From Zygnema circumcarinatum SAG 698-1b (taxonomy: Eukaryota > Plantae > Zygnematophyceae): a stretch of DNA of 64,000 bases. The stretch covers positions 1-64,000 of the forward strand of contig CM074816.1 of the NCBI GenBank assembly GCA_037447605.1, given 5' to 3'. Made by a program: the position numbers and the translations under genes. Of the stretch, positions 13,306 through 25,100 are shown one piece after another (positions within the stretch are counted from its first letter, which is position 1; the number at the start of each line of letters is the position of its first letter). The notes beneath the pieces were generated by a model that saw only the letters and a list, made by a program, of their open reading frames with translations, was not told where the DNA came from and made no database searches.

Positions 13306-14436
13306 TCAAAGCTTGAGGTCCAAGTCAAGGCGTGCAGAGCGGCTCTCCTCAGCCTTCATCGGAGTCCTTGACTTCATCATTTGCTGCAGTCCGGCACTCT
13401 GCTCTGCAACAGCAGCAGCAGATGGGGAATCACAAGGAGCCATGCGATAGCCAATTAACGATGTATTCCCTTCCATTGCAGACTCAACGAACTTCGCCGC
13501 CTTCACTCTCGGCGATCTGAAGCCATGGCTGCTCGGAGAGACCATGGCGGCGGCTTGCGCATCGCTGACGTGGGCAAGGAGGGGAGTCTCCGGGCTCGTC
13601 AAGCTCGAGGACGTGCTCCGAAGAATGCGAGGAGCGACGGGAATACGAAGCTTCTGAGAGTCTTCCGACGGCGTCTGCCATGCTTTGGAGGCGGATGGAG
13701 TGTCCCCATAGACACACGTGCGGCTAAACTGGGAGCACATGTATGGGCAGCAGGAGTCTCTCGCCGCGTCCTGCTTCCCTCGCAGCTGCTTCTCCTCTAC
13801 CCCGCCATGGCCGGAGAGCCTGCACTCGCTGGTTATGTCGCTGCGGCTGCTTAATGCCGAAAGCTCTGAGGCGATGCTTGCCGGGGGAGATGAAGTGGTG
13901 TTCCAACTGCAGTCGGCTATGGCTTCCGCTCCTCCCCCTCCTCCTCCACCTCGCCTACTCCGCCATGGCTTCCTCTCTGGGGGCGAAGAATGGTGCCGCT
14001 TTGGAGCGTGCCGGGGCTCCACAGAATACGTTGCAGACTCATACGGACGCTTCAGGCCCCGTCCAAGAAGGAGCTCTAAGTAGCTGTCAAGACGCCGACG
14101 AGTAAGAGGAGAGGCGCATCCCGCCATGGCCGAGTCCAAGGGGTGGCTGGCCCTGCGGCAGAAGGAGACACGTGGCAGGCCCTCGGCATTGTCCTCCTTC
14201 CTGGAATGGACCCAGCTGTTCGCATTTCCGTTCTCTCCAACGGAGGGCGGAGAAGTTGCCGCCATTGCAGGGAACTGGCGGCGGAGGAGACTCCAGAGGT
14301 CGCCTTCGGCAGAGAGGTCCTCGGGACTGCTGCTGCAGGCCATGGCCGCCCCCTCCTGCAGTGCCGCTTTCCTCGCGGCGAGGTGGGCTCTAAGGAAGAT
14401 GTCGCTTAACTGAGAGTGGGTGTGCGGGGACGTCAT
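13306..14436 (-). CDS. Intronless uncharacterised EAR-motif protein (376 aa); family member 2
   Basis: GDLWSLLRRQFP, RGLKR, CCPYMCSQFSRTC, terminal RLDLDLKL-stop. Confidence 0.8.
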   Translation of the reverse strand: MTSPHTHSQLSDIFLRAHLAARKAALQEGAAMACSSSPEDLSAEGDLWSLLRRQFPAMAATSPPSVGENGNANSWVHSRKEDNAEGLPRVSFCRRASHPLDSAMAGCASPLTRRRLDSYLELLLGRGLKRPYESATYSVEPRHAPKRHHSSPPERKPWRSRRGGGGGGGAEAIADCSWNTTSSPPASIASELSALSSRSDITSECRLSGHGGVEEKQLRGKQDAARDSCCPYMCSQFSRTCVYGDTPSASKAWQTPSEDSQKLRIPVAPRILRSTSSSLTSPETPLLAHVSDAQAAAMVSPSSHGFRSPRVKAAKFVESAMEGNTSLIGYRMAPCDSPSAAAVAEQSAGLQQMMKSRTPMKAEESRSARLDLDLKL

Positions 14437-14940
14437 TATTTCTCCTCCCTCTCCCTCCTTTCCTCCTTCCCTCTCCCTCTCCCTCTCCCTCTCCTCTCCT
14501 CTCCCTCTCCCTCTCCTCTCCCTCTCCTCTCCCTCTCCCTCCCTCTCCCTCTCCCTCTCCCTCTCCCTCTCCCTCTCCCTCTCCCTCTCCCTCTCCCTCT
14601 CCTCTCCCTCTCCTCCTCTCCCTCTCCCTCTCCTCCCTCTCCTCTCCCTCTCTCCCTCTTTCCTTCCCTCTCTCCTCTTTCCTTCCCTCTCCCTCTCTCC
14701 TTCCCTCTCTCCCTCTCCTCTCCTCTCTCCTCTCCCTCTCTCCCTCTCCTCCCTCTCCTCCCTCTCTCCCTCTCTCCTCTCTCCTCTCTCTCCCTCTCCC
14801 TCTCCCTCTCTCTCCCTCTCCCTCTCCTCTCTCCCTCTCTCCTCTCTCCCTCTCCTCTCCTCTCTCCTCTCTCCTCTCTCCTCTCCCTCTCCCTCTCCCT
14901 CTCCCTCTCCCTCTCTCCCTCTCTCCCTCTCCCTCTCCCC
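14437..14940. repeat. (CTCTCC/CT)n polypyrimidine tract immediately upstream of EAR gene 2
   Basis: About 500 bp almost purely C/T on the plus strand. Confidence 0.95.
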
Positions 14941-16176
14941 CGCGGTATATCAGTCCGCTTCAAGTGGCCCCACCCCGCCGGCGGCCGCCGACCGGCGCTG
15001 CGCCAAAAGGGCGCGTCAGGTTCGCCCCCTTTCGCCCGCCCGCCCGCCGCTTGGCCGGCCCCGCAAAGCCGCCGCGCGCCGCTCATCGGCTGCCGCCGCG
15101 TGACGCCTCGGGTCGGCGCGTCGCATAGCGCCGCGTGGCACCCCCAAATTTCCGCGCCATCTCTGCGCTCCGCCGGCGCTACGTGGCGCGATGGGAGCGG
15201 CCGGCGGCAGATCAGGCGCTGTAATAAGACGCACGTGGTGCGCTGGGCGGTCAAATGTGTCGTTTTCGGAAATCCCGGCTGGCATTATTGCGGGACCCAC
15301 TTGGCGGGGACATCAATGATAGCCGGCGTGACGATGCCGCAAAAGAGACAAAAAATGACGTAATTGGAGAGCAAGTTTGACGTCGTATATTGACAGGTTT
15401 GTCGTTACTCTCCTTGTAAGGACGAGACCACCGCGGGAAAATGAAGAATTTTGTACATTACCGTACAATAACGTACGGACAAGTTCAAGATCTGACAAAA
15501 GGTCCCTTTCGTACGGAGAGAAGTTTGTTGGATGGTGTACAAAAAGCTACAAGACATATTTTGTCGTTTAATGAGAAGGTCGTTGCGTGAAAGGCGGGGA
15601 ATGTACGGACCCAATCAGAAATTTGTCGGCAACCAATCAGCGAGCCCGGGCGGCATGACGTGCCAGCTGGCGGCCAAGCGTTCGAAGCGCCTTGCGCCGG
15701 AGCGATCGTAACAACCAATTGCGGCCTCGGCGGAGGAAACTGCCAAGGGCGGTTCCGTGTGGGAAAAAAGCGTTTCTCCACCGTTTTGTTCCAGTTTTAT
15801 TTGACGGAGCTAGAAGCATATATCAAGTCAGGTCTGCGTTTCCATGTCGTAGTTGCTGTGCCAGTTTTTTTGAAATTTGCTAAACCAGCCCGGTTTAGGT
15901 TTTCGCGCGGATAGCGGTGGGGAGGGAAGAAATGTTGGCCAATGAGAGCATGCCACGTCATAGAGAAGTGACAACTTGTGGCCACGTGGCAGAAGGTCGC
16001 ACCGCTTGCACCAGTGCTCGCCACGTGGAAGCACTCCTCTTCGTACGTTTTGTTTCGTTTCCAAGTGATATAGTTTTACCCCATTTTCGGGTGCGAACAG
16101 GGCCTAGAGCACATTTGAGTTCATTGGGACTTAAATAAGGTAGAAAATTGTGCGTAGTTCAACCTTAACTACAGTA

Positions 16177-16673
16177 CAGTCTACTCACGTTATAGTGACT
16201 GTGTCGTCCCCACATGTTTGTGTCACTATATACGTAATGACCCGTTTGTCATTTTACATTTATAGTGATAATGTTATTACAGATGTTTTTGCGGTATATC
16301 CGTACACCTTTGATCCCGTAAATTGTACTTTTTGGGCAGTCGTCTCGTGGGTAGGTGTCTAGTGTCTACGAACCCTAGTGAGCATGTGTACGGTCAAGTT
16401 GATGTGTACGGTCAAGTCGATATCTGACGGTATTTGTCGATAATGTGTACGACCGTAATATATTTCTAACGTATATTCCGATGCGTGGGTGGATAATATC
16501 GACATTTTGAATATATATAGTAACAATTAATTAGGGCTTTTCAAACGTCGTTATATCCGTAATGGCGTCACTATTGGCGCAGGATCAGCAGTGGTGCAAT
16601 TCCGTTCCCGGAAAAAACGTCAGTATATCCATGCTGTTATTATAAACAGTGTCACTATAACGTGAGTAGACTG
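16177..16673. mobile_element. Tc1/mariner(pogo)-type MITE, 497 bp
   Basis: Perfect 23-bp TIR CAGTCTACTCACGTTATAGTGAC at both ends, flanked by TA on each side (16175-76 and 16674-75). No coding capacity. Confidence 0.9.
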
Positions 16674-18066
16674 TACCCTGCTCGATATTGGGTATCCCCA
16701 ATACAGAGCGACGGATCAGTCAACGGCAGTCACGCGACGTCGCTCACGCAATGCGACGCACGCCATTGGCTGAGCTTCACTGTGCGACGTCGCATGTCGC
16801 ACTATGGGACGAGTAGGGGAGGCTTCCCTTTTGAAAGAAGGGAAGTGCGAGCAGAGGTGGGTTTTGTCTTTTTTAAATGGGTTTTGGGTCACTTTTTGCA
16901 TCTTTAAAATAGAATTTTCTGGGTCTCTAGTCTTTTCTTAATCTTGTTTTCTACTTTTACTTAGTTTTAAGAAAACTTCTTCACACTGTGTTTAGTGTTC
17001 AGCGTTAGACGAAACACGATCAAACTCGTCCACATTTTGAGAGGAGACTTGCGTGATGTGCGTATACTACGCCACTGTTGACTCGTTAAACTGAACGCAC
17101 GGAAAGCATAGTTCCTTAGGTATGTAACTTTTCACATCCTGTTGCAATCTTATAATATGAGCTGTGAGCAGTTTTGTTTTTGGGGGTGCTGCCAGGCAGG
17201 CAAGCTGACCATTTCAGCCCAACAGTAGGGAAGTGGTGGAAATTGAAAGTATGCTGCTGCATGAGGCTCACTTTGCTGGCAATAACAAACAGGTCTATTG
17301 CTGCTGCATCTCTCTGTTGAGAAACCCTGCAAGAGAGAAGATTGGTTTAGCTCCTCTCCCTCCCGGCGCCTAGAAACCTATCGTTCAGAACACGAATTAT
17401 TTTTGAAATAAAGAGAGGCTATAATTTACCCACGTTTGCAAAGAGTTAAGAGAGCATGCAGCAACTGTACCTAAGCTAAGCCGTATCTCTTCTCGAAAAG
17501 GGGCCAAAATTCTCTCAATATCCGAAACGGTGTCTTGGAATTCTCTTAAAGAAAACAGTAGCATGGAAAAAACCTCCGTTTTATGAGGGAGGTAGGTCAC
17601 CCAAGTGCGGATAAGGCAGGAAAAAGCAACGTTCTGAGTAACAGCCACAATTTAGATTCTTGACCTGTCAGGCTTGCATGAAGCACAAAAGGGCTCCAAA
17701 AACTCCTTTCATCGTACAGACCAGCATTTTCCTTCCAGCGACTGCTGAACTGCCGATTTAAATTTGTTACACATAAAAGAACAAAAATGAAAAAGGAAAG
17801 CAAAGGCACTTGTCGTGCAGTCTCTAAGCAGACACCAGCCATATCCACCCGACAATGTCAAAGACTTGAAAACGCCTTACGGACGAAAACGCGACTAAAA
17901 TTTACAAGGATTGAAGCAATGATCTATCGAGGCGTCCCGTGACTTACATTTACAAGCTTTCCCCAGCCCTCCTAATTCCCCGTTTTCGCTACAGAGGGAA
18001 GTCCTACAAGCTTCAATTCAGTTTCAAAAATGCGAAGCTCTTGACATTCACATAACTGCCGAGACC

Positions 18067-19194
18067 TCATAGCCGCAATTCAAGATCGAGACGACCTGAC
18101 GATCTCGATATCCTTCCGGCGTAGGGCTTCGGAGACTTCCTACTTTCACCGTGCTTGTCCTCCTTCAAAGCCACATCTTTGAAATCCTTCCTCTTCACTC
18201 GAATCCTTCCAACGTCTATGGATAGATGTTCCCGGCTACGGAGAGACCCAAATTTGGACATGTCTTTGTCGCTATGTCTCGATGAACGGCTGCCTGACCT
18301 CCCCGGAGGCATGGAAGAAGGTGATTCTGGGTAGGGCATGAGTAACATGGGGAGAGGAGTGTTTTGGGGGAACTTCATGGAGGGAATGTTGGAGCATCGC
18401 CGACCGAAGTGTTCGCACATGAGCATGCAACACGCGGTAACATTGTTCTCACTCAAGGTGCGGGTGGAGCTCCCTTCTTCGTTTCCAAGGCTCCTTGGGC
18501 GGGCGAGGCGGCTCGAGTCTCCTGCGTGGGGGGGTGACATTTTGGAGGACGTGGGACTTAGGTCGGGGAAATCCAACGTCGCTTGGAGGGGAGTGGAAGG
18601 AGAGGTTCCTCTCATGGCGTCCATTTCGGCGAGCAGCTTCCTTTCGTTGTAGAACGAAGATCGCCGCTTCATCGTGGGACTGAACTGAGCCGTCACATGG
18701 TCGTCGCTTACAGACCGTTTAACTCCCCGACATGGAGGCGGGGCCATGAGCTTCTTGCTCGTGTGGTTCGTTGACGGCGAGCTGGGCAGAGTTCCACGAG
18801 AGGATGGCGAAAAGGGGGCCGAGCCGAAGCCCTCCTTGGAACGCCACTCCTCCGCCATGGCCCTTCCGGCGTCCATGGCTTCGCTCCAGCCGCTAAAGTA
18901 TGGAAGAGTTCCATGCTGCTCCCACGGCCTCTCCGATGTGCTTGCAGCAGCTGCGGCCTCAGCCGCCTTGGCAGCCGCAATACGAATCTCAGCTAGGACG
19001 CCATCTCCCCTCTGCGAAGCGCTGACGGCGCCTGTGGAGCTTGAAGGAAACTGCCGACAAAGAATGCTCCAAAGATCGCCACGCGGCGCCACCTGCCGCA
19101 ACCCCATCTGCTCCTCCAGCGCCTGCTTCTGTACGGTCACCTGCGCCGCCAAAAGCGCGTCGCAGACAGCGAGATTAAGCGTGGGCGCCGCCAT
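18067..19194 (-). CDS. Intronless uncharacterised EAR-motif protein (375 aa from ATG 19194); family member 3
   Basis: GDLWSILCRQFP, RGVKR, CCMLMCEHFGRRC, terminal RLDLELRL-stop. The ORF track start at 19338 is a non-ATG codon; the first ATG is GCCATGG at 19194. Confidence 0.8.
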   Translation of the reverse strand: MAAPTLNLAVCDALLAAQVTVQKQALEEQMGLRQVAPRGDLWSILCRQFPSSSTGAVSASQRGDGVLAEIRIAAAKAAEAAAAASTSERPWEQHGTLPYFSGWSEAMDAGRAMAEEWRSKEGFGSAPFSPSSRGTLPSSPSTNHTSKKLMAPPPCRGVKRSVSDDHVTAQFSPTMKRRSSFYNERKLLAEMDAMRGTSPSTPLQATLDFPDLSPTSSKMSPPHAGDSSRLARPRSLGNEEGSSTRTLSENNVTACCMLMCEHFGRRCSNIPSMKFPQNTPLPMLLMPYPESPSSMPPGRSGSRSSRHSDKDMSKFGSLRSREHLSIDVGRIRVKRKDFKDVALKEDKHGESRKSPKPYAGRISRSSGRLDLELRL

Positions 19195-21004
19195 GGCTGC
19201 CGCCCTGTCCCTCCCTCCCTTCCTCTCCCCGCGCCTCCCCCTCCGGAGATCCCGTGAAAGCGAGAGGTTGCTGTGCCGCCGGCAGCGGGCTGCGCCCAAA
19301 TAAGGCGCCCGCCCGCCCAGCCCCTCACTAGACGACAATGCGCCGTACGGTCAGCGCGGCCCGCAGCTGGCAAGGCGGGTTGTTCGGCAGAAAAATCTTC
19401 CGAGCGGTTGACCCGGGCGGCCGGGAATTGAATCGGCCGGCTGGCAGGGCTCGCATGTGGATCTAGGATCAAGAATCGAGTCCAAATTTAGTGGATCTGA
19501 AGGGGTTAACATGGTGGATCTCGACTGTAGATCTGCACGTGTCCAGGGCCGCGGGCGGCGCGGAAATCTGGGGTCGTCCGTACGGAAGCAGAAGGGATGT
19601 CGCTTTGGGGAAGGTTCAGCGGACTTTGGCAGCGGCTAACGGCGTACGGATCACGACAGATGACGACAGGGAGGCGAACGCCTGATGTCGCTGGCAGATC
19701 GGACGGACGAGAGACGCCAGACTGGAAGCCAGCCTGGGGATGGCGTCGGCGCTGGATAGCGCTTAATTGGACTAGCTGAAAACGACAAAGTCTCTGGACC
19801 TCGGCAGCTGCAAAAAACCGACAGTACTCGCGATGCCACTTACAGCGGGCGGACGAGGATTTGGATTTACGAATGTATAGGTCGGTGCAAGTACAGACGA
19901 AGGTCGGTGCAGACAGACTCTGGCTGTACAGCCGACGCGTGGCGAGGATTTCTGGTAGTTGGCGAAAGGCCGAACCAAAATCTGCCACGTGGAGCAGCTC
20001 ACAGCCGCCAATCGTACGGAAGCGGCGCGCTGCGATTGGCTGCGACGGCGGGCGTTACGTGACAGCTGCGCGAGCGCGAGAATTCACGAGCGGGCGTTAC
20101 TTGAGGCAAGTGCGAGGCCCGTGATATCCGCGCGCCGCGTGCCGGGAGTGGGTGGAGCTCTATGTCCATGTGGGGCCAGTTGGACAGTTAAGAACGGGCA
20201 CCGCGACCAGGATGCGTATGACGCTGCTTAGCACAAACGTGTCAATATTTTTTGCGTGGTCATTGCAAGGAGTGCAAGGTCTGCATGGAAGGACTAATTG
20301 CTGGCTCTAGATGGGGGAGGAACTGAAGACAACTGAAAAACCTGTTTCGCAACCGCGTAGGCTGCGAATGGGGAGGCACCCGATTGGTGCCACTTTGAAA
20401 ATTATCCATTCTCGATACTATTAGCCAACCCTCTTAGTTGCTTTGCTCAACCAAACCTAAAGGATTCAAGATCGCCTTTCTCAAGCGTAACTTGCATTTT
20501 CTAACGGCATGTTTTCGTGAGTTTCTGCATCGCCCTCTCGGCATAGTTTATTTCCATTGTATCGGACGGTATCTCGATACGCATTGCATGTATCGAGGTA
20601 TCGACGTCCGCCAGTTCGCGACTCGCTGACCGTGACGGCTGTCACACTGCGCGACGGACCTCCGCCGACGTGGAACCACCGCCAATCGCGTGCCGCCACC
20701 GACACGGGCCGCGCTCACGTGGCAGCGCACGCCTGCGCCCTGCCGTCCGGCGGTCGCGGGGCGCCGACCGACCGACTGACCGACGGAGGTCCGCGCGGGC
20801 CGCAGCGAGCAAGTACAAGAGGCAGCGGGCGGCGGCGGAGAAGGGCAGGGAGGCGGAGAGGCGGAGAGGAGCCGGAGAGGAGGCGGAGAGGAGGCGGAGA
20901 GGAGGCGGAGAGGAGGTGGAGAGGAGGCGAAGAGGAAGTGGAGAGGAGGCGAAGAGGAGGCGGGAGGAGGCGACGAGGAGGCGGGAGGAGGCGGAGAGGA
21001 GGCG

Positions 21005-21580
21005 ATGGCGGCAATGGCAAAGATGGCAACGGCAATGGTGATGGCGATTCTGGCTTTGGGCCTTGCCATGGCCCCGCGTGGCGATGCGGGAATGGCTCCT
21101 CCCCGTAGATCTTCATCACCTTCGCCTTGCGAACGCATCTGTCCCTCAAACCCGCAAGAGTTTTGCGATTTTTTCTTCGCCGGCCATGAGAAGGAGGTCC
21201 CCACATTTCATTTGGCTGATAGTGTAAGTAGTGACGAGTCGAAGCCTCTCAGTCCCGGCCTCCGTACAAAGAAAGTCGGTGGAGAGGTCACGGTGAAGGT
21301 GGAAGTCGATGAGTCTGGGAAAGGCGAGTTCAAGGGTTGCCGTTATACCGATGAATCTCCAGAAAATCAGTTTTATCTCAACGGGGAGGATGCCACTCTG
21401 AGGGCTCGCACTTATCAAAATGACCGCGGTTTCGATTTCTTCATCAATCGTTGCATTGTTCTCCCTGTCAAGGCGTTCTCCGTAGTCTACAACGGAAATG
21501 GGCCGTACAATGTGCCTCCCGACACAGACGGCATGTTTCCATCATCACGCCGCTGTGTTGTCTTCAAAACTGAGTACTAG
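21005..21580 (+). CDS. Secreted Cys-rich single-domain protein (191 aa), short form, left
   Basis: Hydrophobic signal peptide ending AMAPRGDA, then an approx. 150-aa domain CPSNPQEFC...RCIVLP...RRCVVFKTEY. Present in four copies in the window. Confidence 0.8.
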   Translation: MAAMAKMATAMVMAILALGLAMAPRGDAGMAPPRRSSSPSPCERICPSNPQEFCDFFFAGHEKEVPTFHLADSVSSDESKPLSPGLRTKKVGGEVTVKVEVDESGKGEFKGCRYTDESPENQFYLNGEDATLRARTYQNDRGFDFFINRCIVLPVKAFSVVYNGNGPYNVPPDTDGMFPSSRRCVVFKTEY

Positions 21581-21935
21581 AGTTGGCGGGGAACCATGTG
21601 TGGGCTGTGTGAGAGTCGACAGTTTAGCTGGAAGGAATTAGCTGAAGGAATTTGACAATTTCTCTTTGTTTGAGAGTTTTGGACTTTTGGGGGTTTCGTA
21701 AAATTGGAAAAGAATGAGCTTATATTCCGAGATAGCAATGCTTCCCACAAAGAGGCTCGTGTTATGTATTATACGACAATTGTAAAGTTGTTTAATTGCT
21801 TTCCTATTCCACAAACGAGTTATTGTCAATTGATGACGTTGCATTGACCATCATTTCTAGATGTGTGTGCTTGCCGTATAGTCTCGAGTCGGGAGTTTGG
21901 CAGACGACTATCAGCCCCGATTTGCTGCCGCTTTT

Positions 21936-22072
21936 AAAAACCTAAACAACATTAAAACCTACATTCTAAAACCCTACACCCTAAAAACTTAATCCCTAAA
22001 CCCTAGCCTTACGCGAAAAAACCCTAGAATTGAAACCCTACACCCTAAGTCCCTTAACCGTAACCCCGAACC
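21936..22072. repeat. Degenerate interstitial telomere-like (CCCTAAA) tract
   Basis: AAACCCTA/ACCCTAAA variants, mirrored as TTTAGGG-like at ~36030-36170. Confidence 0.7.
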
Positions 22073-23136
22073 CCGTGCATCTCCCGCTTACCAGGAAATG
22101 GGCACTCGGGTTTCTTGGTTTGACAAGCTCCCAATTTGGCGTTATAGAGCTTTGGGGGAAAAGTCGAAATGAAAAGCCTCCTCCCTCCGAGCCAACATTT
22201 CCGCCTCACCTCCTCGCGTGACGTCACGCTGCCATCACGCAGCGGTTATATCGCCGCGGTCCATGCTTGGTTGCGATAGAATGCATGGAGCGACAAACTC
22301 CAAAACCACTCGCAATCGAGTACGACCCTCGCCTGCATCACTCCGAGAGGCCAAGCCGCCGCACCGACTGTGTGGGAATTGGTCTTTGTTCTTTGGTTGT
22401 CGTGGCAACTACGAATGTTTGGGGAATCTGCCCTCGAAGTGCATGCAGATACTTGTAACGGGAAACTGTCAACTCATTTTATTTGCAAGGCATCAATTGA
22501 TTCCTACAACCAGCAGTCCTCAAACGGTGCCCGCAAGTTTCGCAGCCGCTTGGACTTGCGGAACGGGCCGCCTCCTTCAGCACACGCGCTGCCATCATTT
22601 GCATTCTCGATTTTCCTTTCGGCCAAACCTGGCAGCCGTCCCCCGCCCCCACATGGAACCGCAGTTTGGCGCCGCCCCGCCCTCGCGAGTATCGGCATAT
22701 CGGAAAGCCTCTCGCGGGCACCCGATGCAGCCACCGCGTATCGAAACGCCGATACGCTACTGTCCGAACGATATCCCGATATTATGGGCGACCGTCCCTG
22801 TGACGGCTGTCACGCCACTCGCCAGAAATAGGCATGGATATTGTATTAGCATTCCAATCAATCAGCACTCCCGTTTTCCAGGAAGCTTCGGCGGGTCCAA
22901 CACGCGCACGAAACATGGAGTCCCATGGTTGAGCATGCGCATGCACGTTGGTGGCGATGTCCACGTACGCGTGGGCCATGCCATTATCCTTCATAATGTG
23001 AATTAACAGCGTTCGTATTCATGCACAACAACAACATGCCCACTAACGACATGGTTATAGCAATGTTGGCATGGTTCGCAGAGGCGGATCAAGAGTTTTC
23101 GCTGTGGAGACTATGCCCTCCCTCAATATAAGAAAC

Positions 23137-24605
23137 GGAGAACTATATACCGCCCCCCTTTTTTGGTTATCCCGCCACTGTTTTTTTGAAATCCTACCCT
23201 CGCATTTCGGCTATTCTGCCCCCCTCCCCCATTTTGGATATTTCGGGAGGAGATCGCCCCCCTGTTTTGAATATTTCTTTCCCGCCCCTCCCGTCCTCTA
23301 CCCTCCCCTCCTCTGCCCTCCCCCTCCTCTCCCCCTCCCCTCTCGTCCNNNNNNNNNNCCTTCTTCCTCTCGGTTTGCAATCTCCACACAAATGACTGAG
23401 TATAAGACTCGCGATGAGCTTGTACAAGTCTTGACGAAGCATTACAAGCAGGAAGGATTTCACATCAAGATTGGCAAGCATAGCGATAGCCGCCGACTCT
23501 ACATGCAATGCTTTAGCGGGGGGACCTACGAGGACAGAGGTCTGGAAGAGAGTAGTAAGAAGAGGAATACTTCCAGCCGCTTGAAAAATTGCCCTTTCGA
23601 GATCAGGGCGACGTTTTCCGAGAATAAGGACATGTGGGCTGTAAAATCTGTCGTTGAAGAGCACAACCACGTCATTTCCACTGGGTATGCTGAGAAAAGG
23701 CGCTTAGACATTCACGAGAAGGAATGTGTTCGGGAGATGGCACAAAAAAATTTATTCTCTTTTTATCCCTTTTTCTTTTGGTGGGTGTGAAGCTCTGTCA
23801 TGATGTAATGGTTGGCTTGCTTGCTCGCTCTCTCTTCTCTCTCTCTCTTTCTCTCTCTCTCTCTCCTCTGCTCTCTCTCCTCTAGTCTTTCTCTCCTCTA
23901 CTCTCTCTCCTCTGCTCATTCTCTCTCTCTCCTTTGCTCTCTCCTGTGCTCTCTCCTCTAGTCTCTCTCTCCTTTGCTCTCACTCCTCTACTCACTCTCT
24001 CTCTCTCCTTTGCTTTCTCCTCTGCTCATTCTCTCTCTCCTTTGCTCTCTCCTCTAGTCTCTCTCTCCTCTACTCTCACTCCTTTGCTCTTTCTCTCTCC
24101 TCTATACTCTCTCTCCTCGGCTCTCGCTCCTTTGCTCTCTCTCTCTCTCTCTCTCTCCTCTGCTCTCTCTCTCCTCTAGTCTCTCTCCTCTGCTCTCTCT
24201 CCTCTAGTCTTTCTCTCCTCTACTCTCTCTCCTCTGCTCATTATCTCTCTCTCCTTTGCTCTCTCCTCTAGTTTCTCTCCCCTTTGCTCTCTCTACTCTA
24301 GTCTTTCTCTCCTCTACTCTCTCTCCTCTGCTCATTATCTCTCTCTCCTTTGCTCTCTCTTGTGCTCTCTACTCTAGTCTCTCTCTCCTTTGCTCTCACT
24401 CCTCTGCTCACTCTCTTTCTCCGTTGCTCTCTCTCTCGAACGTTGCGCTGATGTGTGAAAGGAGAAAACGGGGGGGGGGGGAATATCCAAAATGGGGGGG
24501 GCCGGATATTTCAAAACAGGGGGCAGAATAGCCGAAATGGGAGGGTCGGATTTCAAAAAAACAGTGGCGGGATAACCAAAAAGGGGGGGCGGTATATAGT
24601 TCTCC
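23137..24605 (+). mobile_element. Non-autonomous Mutator-like element (MULE) with FAR1-type transposase fragment
   Basis: TIRs of about 100 bp or more starting GGAGAACTATATACCGCCCCCC. 9-bp TSD ATAAGAAAC at 23128-36 and 24606-14. The paralogous arm has the empty site once (34972-80, reverse strand). Confidence 0.92.
23392..23790 (+). pseudogene. FAR1 DNA-binding-domain-like N-terminal fragment of a MULE transposase
   Basis: EGFHIKIGKHSD...RNTSSRLKNCPFEIRATF...WAVKSVVEEHNH matches the FAR1/MULE C-P-F...W...HNH pattern. No DDE domain follows; CT repeats follow instead. Confidence 0.75.
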
Positions 24606-25100
24606 ATAAGAAACATACAAAAAATAAAATAAAAGTTAATTTGACAAGCCTACCCCGCCCCCCTCGACCATGCGGATGTCGATCCGCCTCCGCCCCATGC
24701 CATGGCTCGCACCGCGCCGTGCTGCACGCGAAGAAGAACTATACGGATGGCATCGGACGGACGTCGACCGCCGGCTGCCCCGGTTGGAGTTCGCAAGTGT
24801 GTCGAGCGGCGTCAAATCTGACCGCCGATCGCCAGCGCGCACACCTTGCGGAGTGCGCCGACATTCACCACGTGGCGCTTCGCGATTCGTTCACGTCCTC
24901 CAGCTCCACGACAACGCCCGCCAGGCGTGTCATTGCGCTTCTCGACAAAACAGCCACGCGCGGCGGCGGTGACGTGGAGCGGCCGACCACTGGCGTGCCG
25001 CCGCCGACATCGGCCGCGAGTACAAGAAGCGGCGGAGCGGAGCGGAGAGGAGAGGAGAGGAGAGGAGAGGAGAGGAGAGGGGACGATCGGCGAGGAGGCG

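Noticed and set aside
14416-15363. Leu/Ser/Pro- or Arg/Glu-rich ORFs over CT/GA tracts (also 23.9-24.5, 36.9-37.9, 45.2-45.7, 47.3-47.8 kb)
   Set aside because: Stop-free by virtue of microsatellite composition; no protein-like features.
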